DNA of 64,000 nt from Eledone cirrhosa (lineage: Eukaryota), in assembly GCA_964016885.1 (NCBI GenBank), contig OZ024751.1, positions 34,038,001-34,102,000 on the forward strand. Direction: 5' to 3'. The notes beneath the pieces were generated by a model that worked only from the letters and a program-made list of their open reading frames with translations, searched no databases and was not told the origin of the DNA. This document shows positions 61,653-64,000 of this stretch, piece by piece. Numbering within the stretch: the first letter of the stretch is position 1; each line of letters begins with the position of its first letter. The translations under genes and the position numbers were made by a program.

Positions 61653-62929
61653 GTTCGTAGATATCTGTCCATGTGTGTGTGTGCGCGTGCTCCAATCCTT
61701 TTCGGGTTTACTCTGCTCCTCCTCCTCCAACCACCACTCCTCCTTCTCTTCCAAAAACCTCCTCCTTCTCCTCCTCCCAACCAGCCTCTATTTATTTTCA
61801 CGTCTCCCACCTTGAAAATACTCTGCAATGTCGGGAAACTGCATTTGCTTTGAAATTTAAATATACTTTTATACCTCATCTGATTCTGACGATGCAATTA
61901 AGATTAGTCCATATATCTTTTTTTTTTTGTTATATTTTTCGTACTTGTTTTGTTTGTTTTGTTTTGTTTATTTGTTTTTTTTTTGTTATATTTTTGTTGT
62001 TGCTTAAAACACAAAACATCTTTTCTGTTTTTGCAGTGATTAACCACAAATATTATATATGCATGGTTAGATATTTCTGTATGTAACCTCATTTCCGCGT
62101 GTGTTGGTATATGTGCCTGTCTGTGTGTGTGTATGTGTTTTACTGTGTGTTGATTGATGTATCTGTAAATGTTGATGTGTCATTTAGTGTGTGTGTGTGT
62201 GCGCGCGCGCTGATGTGTACGTCTGTACATGTGTGTGTATGAGTAAAAGCATGTTGTGTGTAGATGTATACCTAAGTGTGTACGTGTTTACTTGTGTGAG
62301 TGTGTGTTTGTATTTGGTGATGATTCTTGTGTATATATGTGTTTAGGTGCATGTGTATTTCTGTACGACTGTGTGAATGTATTTATATGTGTGTTTCCGT
62401 GTAGGGATTTGTGTATATGCATGTGTGTCGGTGTTTGTATAAGTATGTGTGTATAAATGTGTGAATAAGTGTCTGAGCGTCTGTGTGCGTAAGCGTATGT
62501 AAGTATGTGTGTATGTATATGTGTATATATATGTTAGTGTGCGTGAATACGTGATTGAATATTCGTGTCGAACTAATCATAAATTTCTACATTAATGCCC
62601 TCACAATAAATATATTTAAAATACTTGTTTTATCGTGTTGAGTGGAAATTTGGTGGAGCATTTATTGTTGTTGCTATTACTGTTACTGTTGTTAGTGGTT
62701 GTTGTGGTGGTTGTTGTTGTTGTTGTTTGGTGGTGTTGATGTTTGTGGGGATGGTGGTGGTGTTGCTGTTGGTGGTGATGGTGGTGGTGGTGGTGTTGCT
62801 GTTGGTGGTGGTGTTGTTATTGTGTCTGTCTTAACATCAACTAGTGTCAGTTTTAGTATCAACTGGCGCAGTACTATGTCGAACAGGAACTGATGCGAGG
62901 AAGAGAGAGCCAGAATTGATCTAAGTGAT

Positions 62930-63090
62930 AAGTTAGCAGAGCTGGTTAAACGGGTAAAACGCTTTGCAGTATTCGTTTTGGCCCTCTACCTTCTGTGGTC
63001 ACATCTCGTCGCTCTTAACTTTGCCTTTCATCCTTTCGAAATCTCGAAGTGGATACAAAATGGCACTAATCCAGTACTGGGATTATATAT
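62930..63090 (+). mobile_element. Decayed SINE (Meta/Nin-type core)
   Basis: aactttgcctttcatcctttcg. Confidence 0.6.
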
Positions 63091-64000
63091 ACGTGCGGGG
63101 GATTAGATCTACGACCCTAGAATATAAACAGATGAAGTGTCTTAATACGAAGCCATTTAATGTGAGGCTCTATCGATTCTGCCAACACAGCGTATTGTTA
63201 TGATAAAATACAACATATAATAGCAAATAAGTTATCTCAGTAATCAGAATAATATTTCATTGGTAGCTATATATATATAATATATATTCCACAAGGTAAT
63301 TGTGTTAAATTTAGCGTGGTTGATATATTTAATTGTTAACTTCAATATCTGTTAAGTATCATTGCCGTCATTGTCTTTTGTTTTTAGTTTTGCCATTCTT
63401 TCTGGTCGTTCTGTTTAGCTATTAAGGGAGCGAAACGTCATAAATGAAGTACATTAAATCCAGATATATCATTTCTTCTCCAACATAGTAATGAAATATT
63501 GCTAAGATATATGTGATTGTTATCGTTAAAGATTGTTAATGTGATAACTTCTAGCCAGGAGAATAACAATAGTGATATTTGTATACTTTGGCATTAGGCC
63601 ATACAGTTCGACAGTAGAGCTGGTACTGGTGGTGGTGGTGTTAGTAGAGGTTGTAGTTGATTTAATGGGTTCTCCGTAATTAACTGTTACTTAACATTAT
63701 CGACCACCGACAAACGATGATTAGTAAAATTATACACGGGTTGGATTGAACTAAGAACGAATAATGGTTTATATAAATAGGAATATCTAGGAAATATGAG
63801 ATTAAGGACTTTATAAAGCCCTATACTTTGATAATTCATCTAAAATAATAAGAATGATTAATCCTTGTTTTAATTGATTGTGTCAGCTGAGTACATCTGA
63901 ATTGACAAGTGTGTGACAAAGATATCCATCTGGATTACAGGTACGACTACCTTTTACCTGCTGAGTGGACTGGAGTAACGACAAATGAAGTGTATTGCTC

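Overview
AT-rich, microsatellite-saturated animal genomic DNA with a 200-N gap at 17885-18084. The SINE/LINE types and (TA)n load suggest an octopus (inferred from recalled repeat consensus). Almost all long ORFs in the track are translations of (TA)n/(CA)n repeats and are non-coding. Three real signals stand out. (1) The 3' part of a spliced + strand gene (exons 1821-1968, 14846-14988, 32035-32180) encodes a helical 6-Cys DUF19/CPG4-like domain with a GPI-anchor-like C-terminus. (2) A dense set of short Penelope-like element (PLE) remnants from several unrelated families sits mostly inside (TA)n tracts. Many are head-to-head palindromes with one tail-less arm and one tailed arm. Together they carry about a dozen type I hammerhead ribozyme motifs, one with a ~115-nt stem-loop II. 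Eight otherwise dissimilar tails share a GAGT(A/G/T)CY motif near the 3' end. Two PLE endonuclease fragments support the assignment. (3) Ordinary TEs and tandem repeats: CR1-like and RTE LINE ends, a non-autonomous Helitron, tRNA-derived SINEs and minisatellites. All calls were made by eye, with no database searches.
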